From Sediminibacterium ginsengisoli (lineage in GTDB: Bacteria; Bacteroidota; Bacteroidia; Chitinophagales; Chitinophagaceae): 64,000 bases of DNA. How positions within the stretch are numbered: position 1 is the stretch's first letter; every line of letters starts with the position of its first letter. Location of the stretch: NCBI GenBank assembly GCA_945901845.1, contig CAMDLR010000010.1:1143-65142 (forward strand), given 5' to 3'. Shown one piece after another: positions 28,714 through 39,354 of the stretch. The notes beneath the pieces were generated by a model. It was given only the letters and a program-made list of their open reading frames with translations, did not search any database and was not told the DNA's origin. The position numbers and the translations under genes were made by a program.

Positions 28714-29406
28714 ATGAGAAATTTTGTCATTTTTTTACTGTTTTCATTTTTGATATTTCAATCAATTTCATGTGGAGGATTAATTAACAATGACACTAAT
28801 ATATATCGCAATGATGAATTACGTGTTTTAGATGAAATGAGAACTTTAGGTAGAATTAAAGAAATTGAGGTCTCTAAAAATGATAATGGTTACGATGATA
28901 TTATCATCCATGCGTTTAATGGAACCGAGGCAAGTTTTTATTCAAATAATCCATGTGGTGGACCGGGGCCTGCTTACAGTATTATTGGAAGTATACCTAC
29001 ATTAGGAATTGTGTTTTTAGATAGAACCTATTCATGTGATATGGGAGGTACCACAATTATGGTATCACTTAAAGATGGAATATATAGAGAATTGAAAAAC
29101 TCATTTTGGAATGTTGATCAACTTTCAATTTCACCTAATGGTTCTTGGTTGGTAATTTCTAATGCCGACTGTAGTATGGGGTATAGTTGTAATATTGAAA
29201 TTCTTTCATTAGAAAAGTCAAATAATTCTTTATTAAATTCCGTTTATTCTAATCCAAGGGTTTGTGCAAGGAATAATAGTATAAGTTGGTTTTCGGATAA
29301 TGGATTTAATACAGAAACGGCTATCGGTGAGAATAATGGCGAATGTGTTTATCGGTCAGTTCAATTTAATTACTCGAATAATGAATGGGTTTTTGGGTTT
29401 AAATAA
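28714..29406 (+). CDS. hypothetical lipoprotein, Cys-rich, AT-rich gene
   Basis: 230 aa with a lipobox-like FQSISC and 9 Cys. I recognise no family. The gene is visibly more AT-rich than its neighbours. Confidence 0.5.
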   Translation: MRNFVIFLLFSFLIFQSISCGGLINNDTNIYRNDELRVLDEMRTLGRIKEIEVSKNDNGYDDIIIHAFNGTEASFYSNNPCGGPGPAYSIIGSIPTLGIVFLDRTYSCDMGGTTIMVSLKDGIYRELKNSFWNVDQLSISPNGSWLVISNADCSMGYSCNIEILSLEKSNNSLLNSVYSNPRVCARNNSISWFSDNGFNTETAIGENNGECVYRSVQFNYSNNEWVFGFK

Positions 29407-29499
29407 ATAATGCATACAACAACAGGTCTTCATTGTTTAGTTTTTTCCGCTCTCTCAAAACACAATAATAAACACAATTTTTCCGTATCTTATAAGTAG

Positions 29500-31770
<2,271 letters not shown>

Positions 31771-31804
31771 ACTTTTTATTTACAGGTAATATAAATATCC
31801 TTAT

Positions 31805-32257
31805 TTAATAATTTATTTTTCTTCTTCCCATTTCATCAAAAATAGCAATAGGGGCTTGTGTATGTCTTGAGCCAATTCCGTAACTGCATGCGTCGGTTGA
31901 AAATATACAAGAATCTTCTATATACCACTTTCCTCCTTTTTTTACGAATAACGCACTAACATCGCAACAATCGCGTGTTTGGTATTCAGGAAATGTAATT
32001 GCTTTTCCATCTTTTCGTTGTGCTTTACCTGTGAAATATGCATAATTTCCGCTCGATTTAAAATGGTCTACAACATATATAAATTGCTGTTTTTCGTATT
32101 GATACATACTTGCTCTTAATACGTCAAGCATTGCAGTTCTTTCTTTTTCGTTCGATGCATTTTTTACTTTAAAATCATAAATAATTTGGGCTTCCAAATT
32201 TGCTGAAAAAATTGAACACAAGGCTAATAAGCAGTAGCTAAATATAATTTTTTTCAT
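31805..32257 (-). CDS. hypothetical secreted protein, Cys-rich, AT-rich gene
   Basis: 150 aa with a signal peptide (ANLEAQ). No family recognised. Confidence 0.5.
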   Translation of the reverse strand: MKKIIFSYCLLALCSIFSANLEAQIIYDFKVKNASNEKERTAMLDVLRASMYQYEKQQFIYVVDHFKSSGNYAYFTGKAQRKDGKAITFPEYQTRDCCDVSALFVKKGGKWYIEDSCIFSTDACSYGIGSRHTQAPIAIFDEMGRRKINY

Positions 32258-32286
32258 GGTTAATTTAAGCTTTGATTAGTGATATT

Positions 32287-34611
32287 TTATTGGCAATTAC
32301 TTTTTATAGAAGCCGCTGCGTCTGGATATTTTTTATTGTTGGCTAGTTGTAATGCATTACATGCTTCTGTTTTTTTACCAGTTGATAAATAGCTCAATGC
32401 TAAATAATATTCAGATTTTCCGGTGCTAGAAGTGCCAACAGCAATGGATTTGTTAAAGTAAGAAATAGCATCTTGGTATTTTTGAGCGGTATACAAACAA
32501 ATCCCTACATTTTCGGCGTGGGTATAGTTGGTAGGGTCAATGTTTGCGGCTTTCATGTAAAGGTTGGCTGCCTTAACATACTGTGCTTGTTGAAAGGCTT
32601 TAAGGCCCTCAGCCGTATAATCATTGACCGTTTTATTGTTGGCATCAACTGCGGATCTATTAAAGAGCGCTTTTGTTTGGGTAAAAGTTGCGCCATCATT
32701 TGGGAATAATTTAATGGCGCTATCTAGCATAAGATTGAGGTTAGCGTCAGCTTTTCCTTTCACTTCATACATGCCCAATAAATAGTTGTTCCATGTAAAT
32801 GGCGTATTAAAATGACCTACAATTAAGTTAAAGGCTTTTTTAATTTCGGTGCTGTCTTTCTTTTTTGATGCTGCAAAAATTAAATTCTTATAATAGCTGG
32901 TGGCATTGGGCCAGTTGTAAAAAGCTTTTTTGCTACTAATTAATGCGCTGTCAAAATTATTTTTGGCGGCGTAAATAGCGGTTCTTAAAAAGTCGTTGTA
33001 ATAAAGGTGCGGATTTACGTTGTCGCTCTCTTTTAAAAGGGCTAGAGCTTCATCGTATTTTTTGTCTCTAATATAATAGCGCGCTATCATGGCTTTTAAA
33101 GGAAGGGTAGAAGAAGACATATCAGGAATTGCCGGTAATTTTTCTACGTCTTCTGTTTTCATTACCGGATCTGCGTTTACTTCGCCCATTACAAACTTTT
33201 GAATCTTTAAAGAATCATACGTGAGTTTATGAACGTAAATAGAAGGGATAATGGCTAGAAGCGCTATGCTAAAAAATACACCCATGAGTGATGTGCGAAG
33301 TTTTGTGTTTTCTTGTTGGTAGCTAAGTGGAATAAAAATTAATGCCGCTGCAATGGCCAGTATCGATTGCATGGCGGTCCGCTCGGCAGGGAAATTTAAA
33401 AAGGCATCCACTGCATAACAAGTAACTGCCATCAATAAAATGGTAGCCGCTAAATGCAAATGATGAAAAGACTTATTTTTCCAAATACTAAATGTAATGA
33501 TGGGTACCAGTAAAAATAAGAATGCAAAGCTAATGCCGCCGAGCACACCAAGGTCTGCAAACATTTCAAAAAAATCGTTGTGTGCATGGTAGGGCACAAA
33601 AAGCTCTGTGGTATAAAAAATTTCGTACGGGATAGAAGCCAGTTTCCAGTTGCCATAACCACAACCAATGAGCGGATGTTTGATAGAATAGTCGATGGCA
33701 TTTTTCCATAAACGAAGCCTACTGTTTTCTTCACTAGCTAACGTAATATCACCAATTCTTTTGGTCACCGTGCCGTACCCACCTTGTGTATCTTGCATTT
33801 GCACGGCGGTGTCTAAAAATACATTGGCAATAAAGTAACCTATAACAACGGGGATTATGAAATACGCAATTTGTGTAAGGATCGCTTTCTTATTCTCTTT
33901 GCTCTTAAAGTAAAGGGTAGTAGCTATAAAAATGATTGCTATAATTATAAGTCCAACATAGGTGGATCTGGTATTTAAAATAAGCAGCCCTGTAACACCC
34001 ATTACGAGAACAAAAGCGGAGAGTAGTTTGCCTAGTAATTTATTGTTTATGATGAGCCAGAGTACAAATGGAAATTTGATTAATAAATTAGCAGCTGTAA
34101 CGTTTTTATTACCATGGTTACCCCTTAAAGCTAATATGTTTTCATCGAGGCCCATGGTAGTGAGGTTACTAGAAAAGGTTTTTAATAATACCAACGAGTC
34201 GTATAATAGAACAAAAGCCATGATAACCGAAATACTTGTTAATAACGTAGGTAGCGGTTGTTTGTAAAATAAAATAGAGAGTACAATAAAAACGAGGTAA
34301 GTGGTAATTAGTCTAGCCCCTGTAACGAGTGTTTCGGTGGGGTTAATGGCATAGAAATAGGAGAGTGCAGCCCAGGCTACTAAAAAAGTAAATACGATGG
34401 TAAACTTATACTTGAAAACACCCTGAATTGCCTCTGCACAATGCTGGCGGTGCATACCTATAAAAGCAATGCCTAATAGGTCTATACAGCTGGTGTATAA
34501 CCACTGCGGTCCCATGACGTCCGACGCGCCTAGGTCTGGAATGAAATGAACGAGTAAATAGAGGCCCGCAAAAATAGTGGGCATAATGGGGGTTTGTGCC
34601 TTTGTGTTCAT
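32287..34611 (-). CDS. O-antigen ligase/Wzy_C-family polytopic membrane protein fused to C-terminal TPR repeats
   Basis: 774 aa. About 12 TM helices include a large loop with PLIGCGYGNW...AHNDFFEMFADLG (Wzy_C-like). The C-terminal ~300 aa have TPR signatures (AANLYMKAANIDP, AISYFNKSIAV, YYLALSYLSTGK). Confidence 0.7.
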   Translation of the reverse strand: MNTKAQTPIMPTIFAGLYLLVHFIPDLGASDVMGPQWLYTSCIDLLGIAFIGMHRQHCAEAIQGVFKYKFTIVFTFLVAWAALSYFYAINPTETLVTGARLITTYLVFIVLSILFYKQPLPTLLTSISVIMAFVLLYDSLVLLKTFSSNLTTMGLDENILALRGNHGNKNVTAANLLIKFPFVLWLIINNKLLGKLLSAFVLVMGVTGLLILNTRSTYVGLIIIAIIFIATTLYFKSKENKKAILTQIAYFIIPVVIGYFIANVFLDTAVQMQDTQGGYGTVTKRIGDITLASEENSRLRLWKNAIDYSIKHPLIGCGYGNWKLASIPYEIFYTTELFVPYHAHNDFFEMFADLGVLGGISFAFLFLLVPIITFSIWKNKSFHHLHLAATILLMAVTCYAVDAFLNFPAERTAMQSILAIAAALIFIPLSYQQENTKLRTSLMGVFFSIALLAIIPSIYVHKLTYDSLKIQKFVMGEVNADPVMKTEDVEKLPAIPDMSSSTLPLKAMIARYYIRDKKYDEALALLKESDNVNPHLYYNDFLRTAIYAAKNNFDSALISSKKAFYNWPNATSYYKNLIFAASKKKDSTEIKKAFNLIVGHFNTPFTWNNYLLGMYEVKGKADANLNLMLDSAIKLFPNDGATFTQTKALFNRSAVDANNKTVNDYTAEGLKAFQQAQYVKAANLYMKAANIDPTNYTHAENVGICLYTAQKYQDAISYFNKSIAVGTSSTGKSEYYLALSYLSTGKKTEACNALQLANNKKYPDAAASIKSNCQ

Positions 34612-34616
34612 AGGTG

Positions 34617-34624
34617 CAAATATC
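34617..34624 (-). promoter_or_regulatory. near-consensus -7 box GAtaTTTG
   Basis: One mismatch to TAnnTTTG. It ends 5 nt before the ATG at 34611 of the Wzy_C/TPR gene. Confidence 0.3.
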
Positions 34625-34849
34625 TTAATAAAATTGAAAGTTTACATGGTTTCTGGGAATTCTATCCGAACGAGGCACCAGTTGGCAATGTAGTATGCTT
34701 GTGCAACGGGGATATAGGGGATTGTAAAAGGCTCTTCCCCGGCCGAATGTAAAACGAGCGTGCATAAATGATGCGCCTGTAAAAAGGGGCTTGTTTTTAT
34801 TTCGATGTGCTGGACATTTTTGAAGTTTAATAGGGTTTGTAATTTATTT

Positions 34850-34886
34850 TATATATAGAAAGGTTTTGTATATATAAAAAGGTTTT
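34850..34886. repeat. tandem 18-nt AT-rich direct repeat TATATATA(G/A)AAAGGTTTT, two copies
   Basis: Copy 1 is 34850-34867 and copy 2 is 34869-34886. They differ at one position (G34858 vs A34877) and have a 19-nt period. Confidence 0.8.
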
Positions 34887-34918
34887 AATACATGATTCTA
34901 AATTATATATATTATTTT

Positions 34919-35029
34919 GACTGCCGTCTTCCTGATAGGTGGGTTTACCCAAACTCTTTCAGGACTGCCGTTTTTCACTTCGTTCAAAACGTCTTCCTTA
35001 ACTTCTACGGTGGGTTTACCCAAACCCTT
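34919..35029 (+). repeat. imperfect tandem duplication (40-nt unit A, 67-nt unit B)
   Basis: Three blocks occur in both units, in the same order. GACTGCCGT is at 34919-27 and 34963-71. CGTCTTCCT is at 34925-33 and 34990-98. GGTGGGTTTACCCAAAC is at 34938-54 and 35009-25. Unit B carries two insertions. Confidence 0.85.
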
Positions 35030-35063
35030 ACAACGAAATGCGTAGCATTTCGTTGTGTTTTTT
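34920..35063 (+). ncRNA. candidate orphan small RNA (unclassified), about 140 nt, terminator-capped
   Basis: No ORF on either strand. A near-consensus -7 box TTatTTTG lies at 34912-19. There are several local hairpins and a strong intrinsic terminator at 35030-63. The 5' end is a guess. I recognise no known RNA family. Confidence 0.3.
35030..35063 (+). terminator. rho-independent terminator (plus strand)
   Basis: Perfect 12-bp stem ACAACGAAATGC / GCATTTCGTTGT with a GTA loop, followed by GTTTTTT. Confidence 0.65.
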
Positions 35064-35110
35064 AACGCTCGTCAACTTACGTGAGCAAGCTCCCGACGTT
35101 GCATCGCATT

Positions 35111-35140
35111 AAAAAACCCCGTCACTATCGTGACAGGGTT
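35111..35140 (-). terminator. rho-independent terminator downstream of tRNA-Leu (minus strand)
   Basis: On the minus strand, AACCCTGTCAC-GATA-GTGACGGGGTT is followed by TTTTTT. It begins 2 nt after the tRNA 3' end. Confidence 0.65.
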
Positions 35141-35142
35141 TG

Positions 35143-35226
35143 TGCCCAGAACAGGAATCGAACCTGCACTACCTTGCGATAACCAGATTTTGAGTCTAGC
35201 GCGTCTACCAGTTCCGCCATCTGGGC
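35143..35226 (-). tRNA. tRNA-Leu (anticodon CAA), type II with long variable arm
   Basis: The minus-strand sequence is GCCCAGATGGCGGAACTGGTAGACGCGCTAGACTCAAAATCTGGTTATCGCAAGGTAGTGCAGGTTCGATTCCTGTTCTGGGCA. Acceptor stem is GCCCAGA/TCTGGGC, anticodon stem CTAGA/TCTGG with loop CTCAAAA, and the T-loop is GGTTCGATTCC. No encoded CCA. Confidence 0.95.
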
Positions 35227-35245
35227 CTTTGTATTAGGCGGGGTG

Positions 35246-35253
35246 CAATATTA
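35246..35253 (-). promoter_or_regulatory. near-consensus -7 box TAatATTG upstream of tRNA-Leu
   Basis: One mismatch to TAnnTTTG, about 20 nt upstream of the mature tRNA 5' end. Confidence 0.3.
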
Positions 35254-35308
35254 CAAGATTCTGTGTTTTTTGCCAAAAGAAACCACCATAAACCCAAACA
35301 AATAGGGC

Positions 35309-35815
35309 TTATCGGAGTTGATCCGCTATACGGTCTAGGTATTTCTTTTTAAAATAATAGTCTTTTACTTGCAACAACGCTTCTTTTTGGGTAATACCCA
35401 TTTGATAGCTTTCCAACAAACCTTTAATAGGTTCAAAAATTTCATCTTCTAATTGTTTAAGTGGTACAAGTAGCGCCGCCTTTTGGGTATCATCTTCTAC
35501 TTCCATAACCTGCTCGTTTAAATCCATGACTTCCATTAAAAAACTAGGAGGGAGCTGGTATTTTTCGTCGGGTACGAGTACCTCATTGATTTCTAAAATG
35601 TACGGTATAAGTAAGGCCTGATCTTTTAATACCCTTAATGCTTTATTGGCAGCCGATGATAATGCTAGTGCTTCTGCTTGTTCTGCTTCGGAACTATTTG
35701 CAAAAAAATCAGGATGAAACTTTTTTTGGAGCATCAAATACTTTTTGGATACCACAGCCGTATCTGGGAAAAAGCTAACCGGTATGTCAAAAAGTTCAAA
35801 ATGATTCATAGACAT
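35309..35815 (-). CDS. hscB: HscB-like J-domain co-chaperone
   Basis: 168 aa. An N-terminal J-domain remnant (FELFD....F..D......K.Y..LQKKFHPD) is followed by a helical C-terminal domain, as in HscB. Confidence 0.65.
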   Translation of the reverse strand: MSMNHFELFDIPVSFFPDTAVVSKKYLMLQKKFHPDFFANSSEAEQAEALALSSAANKALRVLKDQALLIPYILEINEVLVPDEKYQLPPSFLMEVMDLNEQVMEVEDDTQKAALLVPLKQLEDEIFEPIKGLLESYQMGITQKEALLQVKDYYFKKKYLDRIADQLR

Positions 35816-35831
35816 TAAAATTACAACTCCT

Positions 35832-36542
35832 TTATAAAAACAGGTAATAATCTTTTAAGTAGGTAGCAAAATCAGCGGTGTACTGCTCATTTTCTTTAAT
35901 AATAATCTGTTCTACTTCAGCTGGGCTTGTTACAGCGTTACTTAATATATACATGGCCCTAAAAGGTTCTTGTGTGGGTGTTTGTTGTACCAATGCTTTT
36001 TTAAAAATAAGTAGCCCAAATTGCGCGGCTAATTTTTCAAGTTCTGTAGCCCTTGCATATGGGATTAGCACTGAAAAATTTCCTTCTTTTTCAAGTAGGT
36101 TAACAGCACAAGTAAAAAGTGATACTAATGTTAATGTGGTGCTGTGCATGGCCTTGTTACGGAGCGCATCATCACTTTTTAAATCATTGCTAAAAAAAGG
36201 AGGGTTAGAAATTATATGCTGGTATTTAATACTGCTAAAATTTTCGATAGCAGTATTGTGCACCTTAATATTCCAGCCGGTTGCTTCTGCATTGCTCGCA
36301 GCCTGCGCCGCTGCAGCAGCATCAATTTCTACAGCGTCTATTTGTGCCGCAGGTATTTTTTGAGCGAGGAGTAAACTCAAAAGTCCAGTGCCCGTGCCAA
36401 TATCTAAAATGTTAGCAGGCGCATCATCTTTTACATGTGCAGCAACCCAGGCACCAAACAAGCACGCGTCGGTACATACTTTTAGCGCGCAGTCCGATTG
36501 CCAAACTGTAAATTGTTTGAACGAAAAATAGTTATTAGACAT
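35832..36542 (-). CDS. tRNA1(Val) (adenine37-N6)-methyltransferase-like SAM-dependent methyltransferase
   Basis: 236 aa with SAM motif I ILDIGTGTGLLSL and the amino-methyltransferase motif IISNPPFF. The N-terminal FSFKQF.V is typical of YfiC/TrmN6-like proteins. Confidence 0.7.
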   Translation of the reverse strand: MSNNYFSFKQFTVWQSDCALKVCTDACLFGAWVAAHVKDDAPANILDIGTGTGLLSLLLAQKIPAAQIDAVEIDAAAAAQAASNAEATGWNIKVHNTAIENFSSIKYQHIISNPPFFSNDLKSDDALRNKAMHSTTLTLVSLFTCAVNLLEKEGNFSVLIPYARATELEKLAAQFGLLIFKKALVQQTPTQEPFRAMYILSNAVTSPAEVEQIIIKENEQYTADFATYLKDYYLFL

Positions 36543-36553
36543 CTAATAGATGC

Positions 36554-37312
36554 TTAGTCTGCAAAGCTTGCAGCGATGTATTCACTATTTAAGCGAGCAA
36601 TATTTGTAATGGAAATTTCTTTAGGGCAAGTCGCTTCACAAGCACCAGTGTTGGTACATGATCCAAAACCTTCTTTATCCATTTGAGCCACCATGTTTTG
36701 TACCCTTGTAGTACGCTCAGGTGCGCCTTGTGGTAATAAAGCGAGGTGGGAAACTTTTGCACTTAAAAATAGCATCGCAGAACTGTTTTTACAAGCCGCT
36801 ACACAAGCACCACATCCAATACACATAGCTGCTGCAAAAGCGTCGTCTGCTTTTTGCTTTTCGATAGGTAAAGTGTTACCATCTACTGCATTACCGGTGT
36901 TAACGCTAATATAACCACCAGCCTGAATAATTCTATCAAATGCAGAACGGTCTACCATCAAATCTTTGATTACTGGAAAAGCATCTGCTCTCCATGGTTC
37001 TACAACAATCGTGTCTCCATCTTTAAAGGCACGCATGTGTAATTGACAAGTTGTATTTGCTTGCCAAGGACCATGTGGTTTACCATTAATATACATAGAG
37101 CATGAACCACAAATACCTTCTCTACAATCATGGTCAAATGCAACCGGATTTTCTCCGTCTTTGATTAATTGTTCGTTAAGTACGTCAAACATTTCTAAGA
37201 AACTCATTTCAGAAGAAATATTTTCTACGCGGTACATTTTAAAAGTACCCTTTGTGTTTTTATTTTTTTGTCTCCAAACTTTAAGGTTTAGATTCATGTT
37301 GTAATGTTCCAT
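36554..37312 (-). CDS. sdhB: succinate dehydrogenase/fumarate reductase iron-sulfur subunit
   Basis: 252 aa with Cys clusters [18 protein letters not shown] and C...GAC...CP for the 2Fe-2S, 4Fe-4S and 3Fe-4S centres. Confidence 0.9.
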   Translation of the reverse strand: MEHYNMNLNLKVWRQKNKNTKGTFKMYRVENISSEMSFLEMFDVLNEQLIKDGENPVAFDHDCREGICGSCSMYINGKPHGPWQANTTCQLHMRAFKDGDTIVVEPWRADAFPVIKDLMVDRSAFDRIIQAGGYISVNTGNAVDGNTLPIEKQKADDAFAAAMCIGCGACVAACKNSSAMLFLSAKVSHLALLPQGAPERTTRVQNMVAQMDKEGFGSCTNTGACEATCPKEISITNIARLNSEYIAASFAD

Positions 37313-37352
37313 TTCAAGAAAATTGAAAAGTTGATAGATCGTTTACTAATGA

Positions 37353-39326
37353 TTATTTGTAGTTACGTTGTGATGGTTTAATCACTTCGTACTTTAATTC
37401 TTCTTTGTGTAATTCCCAGTTGTGTTCACCTTTAAACTCCCAAGAAGCTACATACATAAAGTTTTCATCGTCTCTTAATGCTTCACCATCTTCTGTTTGG
37501 TATTCTTCTCTGAAGTGACCACCACAACTTTCGTTACGGCTTAATGCGTCTACACACATGAGTTCACCTAGTTCAATAAAGTCGGCAACGCGGTTGGCTT
37601 TATCAAGCTCTGGGTTCATCTCATTAATTTCTCCAGGAATTCTTACGTCCGACCAGAACTCTTTTTTAAGCGCTTGCACTTCTGCAATAGCTTGCTTTAA
37701 ACCTTCTTCGTTTCTCGCCATACCACATTTATCCCAAATAATTTTTCCTAAACGTTTGTGGAAGCTCTCTACCGTTTGCGTTCCTTTGATGCTCATTAAT
37801 TTTTCAATTCTTGCAAGCACCACTTTTTCAGCTTCTTCAAATGCTGCATGATTGGTATCGAGCCCTGTGCTATAAATTTCGTCTGCTAAATAATTACCAA
37901 TGGTGTAAGGAATTACAAAGTATCCATCTGCTAAACCTTGCATTAAGGCACTTGCACCAAGGCGGTTAGCACCATGCTCACTAAAGTTAGCTTCACCTAA
38001 AGCATACAATCCAGGAACCGTAGTTTGTAGTTCATAGTCTACCCAAAGGCCACCCATTGTGTAGTGTACAGCAGGATAAATACGCATTGGAACTTCGTAC
38101 GGATCTTCGCCAGTGATTTTTGCGTACATGTCAAATAGGTTGCCATATTTTTCTTTAACAACCTCTTTACCCAATGCTATAATTTGTTCTTGGCTTACAT
38201 TTTCTAAACCTTGTTTGCCTATTTCAATGTTACCATAACGCAAAATGGCTGCTGCATAATCAAGGTATACTGCTTGCTTAGAAGTACCCACGCCATAACC
38301 TGCATCACATCTTTCTTTGGCAGCTCTTGATGCCACGTCACGAGGTACTAGGTTGCCAAATGCAGGGTATCTGCGCTCTAAATAATAATCTCTTTCTTCT
38401 TCAGGAATATCTACCGCTTTGCGCGTTTCGTTTAAATTTTTTGGAACCCAAATACGTCCATCATTTCTGAGAGACTCAGACATGAGTGTTAATTTAGACT
38501 GGTGGTCTCCACTAACTGGAATACATGTTGGGTGAATTTGTGTAAAGCATGGGTTGCTAAACAAAGCACCTTGACGGTGTGCCTTCCAAGCGGCAGTAAC
38601 GTTAGATCCCATCGCATTGGTAGATAAATAAAATACGTTACCATAGCCACCAGTACATAATAATACGGCGTGACCAAAATGCTTTTCTAAATGACCAGAC
38701 ACTAAATCACGTGCGATAATACCTCTCGCTTTACCATCAATTTTTACCACTTCATGCATTTCATGACGGCTATACATTTTTACATTACCAAGTGATACCT
38801 GACGCTCTAAGGCTTGGTACGCACCAATGAGTAATTGCTGACCTGTTTGGCCTGCTGCATAAAATGTACGTTGAACCTGCGTACCGCCAAAAGAACGGTT
38901 ACTTAATAGTCCACCATATTCACGTGCAAAAGGAACACCTTGTGCAACGCACTGATCAATAATATTAACACTCACTTCGGCAAGGCGGTGAACGTTTCCT
39001 TCGCGCGCACGGTAGTCTCCACCTTTAATGGTATCGTAGAATAATCTAAATACGCTATCACCATCATTCTGATAGTTTTTAGCGGCGTTAATACCACCTT
39101 GTGCAGCAATCGAGTGCGCACGGCGCGGAGAGTCCTGAAAACAAAACGCTTTTACCTTATAACCTAGTTCACCTAAAGAAGCAGCAGCAGATGCACCAGC
39201 TAAACCAGTACCTACTACAATCACTTCTAGTTTACGTTTATTAGCTGGGTTAACAAGTTTGCAATGTCCCTTGTAATCTTCCCATTTTTTTTTGAGGTTT
39301 CCGGCAGGTATTTTTGAATTAAGCAT
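37353..39326 (-). CDS. sdhA: succinate dehydrogenase/fumarate reductase flavoprotein subunit
   Basis: 657 aa with FAD-binding [10 protein letters not shown], the covalent-FAD His context [10 protein letters not shown] and HYTMGG. Confidence 0.9.
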   Translation of the reverse strand: MLNSKIPAGNLKKKWEDYKGHCKLVNPANKRKLEVIVVGTGLAGASAAASLGELGYKVKAFCFQDSPRRAHSIAAQGGINAAKNYQNDGDSVFRLFYDTIKGGDYRAREGNVHRLAEVSVNIIDQCVAQGVPFAREYGGLLSNRSFGGTQVQRTFYAAGQTGQQLLIGAYQALERQVSLGNVKMYSRHEMHEVVKIDGKARGIIARDLVSGHLEKHFGHAVLLCTGGYGNVFYLSTNAMGSNVTAAWKAHRQGALFSNPCFTQIHPTCIPVSGDHQSKLTLMSESLRNDGRIWVPKNLNETRKAVDIPEEERDYYLERRYPAFGNLVPRDVASRAAKERCDAGYGVGTSKQAVYLDYAAAILRYGNIEIGKQGLENVSQEQIIALGKEVVKEKYGNLFDMYAKITGEDPYEVPMRIYPAVHYTMGGLWVDYELQTTVPGLYALGEANFSEHGANRLGASALMQGLADGYFVIPYTIGNYLADEIYSTGLDTNHAAFEEAEKVVLARIEKLMSIKGTQTVESFHKRLGKIIWDKCGMARNEEGLKQAIAEVQALKKEFWSDVRIPGEINEMNPELDKANRVADFIELGELMCVDALSRNESCGGHFREEYQTEDGEALRDDENFMYVASWEFKGEHNWELHKEELKYEVIKPSQRNYK

Positions 39327-39354
39327 ATGCTTAGAAATTTAAATTGAGTGATAA

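Noticed and set aside
34625-34765. 46-codon Arg-rich minus-strand ORF in the noncoding island
   Set aside because: It has no recognisable family or ribosome-binding context, and its 3' end overlaps the -7 box of the neighbouring gene. The composition looks like a by-product of the GC-rich patch. It is kept only as an alternative under the corresponding finding.
34841-35063. Possible CRISPR array or mobile-element att sites next to tRNA-Leu
   Set aside because: There are only two copies of each repeat, with unequal spacing and no spacer-like regularity. No cas, integrase or transposase gene is present. None of the repeats matches the 3' end of the tRNA, so there is no evidence for an integrated or excised element.
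34919-35063. Candidate RNA as SRP RNA, 6S RNA or tmRNA
   Set aside because: On either strand I could not find the SRP domain-IV signature (GNAR tetraloop flanked by AGCA and GGUCAGG-like strands), 6S-like long end-to-end pairing with a central bubble, or a tmRNA tag/tRNA-like end. It remains unclassified rather than assigned.
35878-36363. 161-aa plus-strand ORF inside the tRNA methyltransferase gene
   Set aside because: It is fully antisense to a CDS with clear SAM and NPPF motifs. The Ala/Cys/Ser-rich product has no recognisable family. This is typical shadow-ORF behaviour.
36554-37312. Alternative sdhB start at the second Met (MNLNLKVW)
   Set aside because: Both ATGs are in frame and 5 codons apart. 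Sequence alone cannot decide between them, so the ORF-track coordinates were kept.
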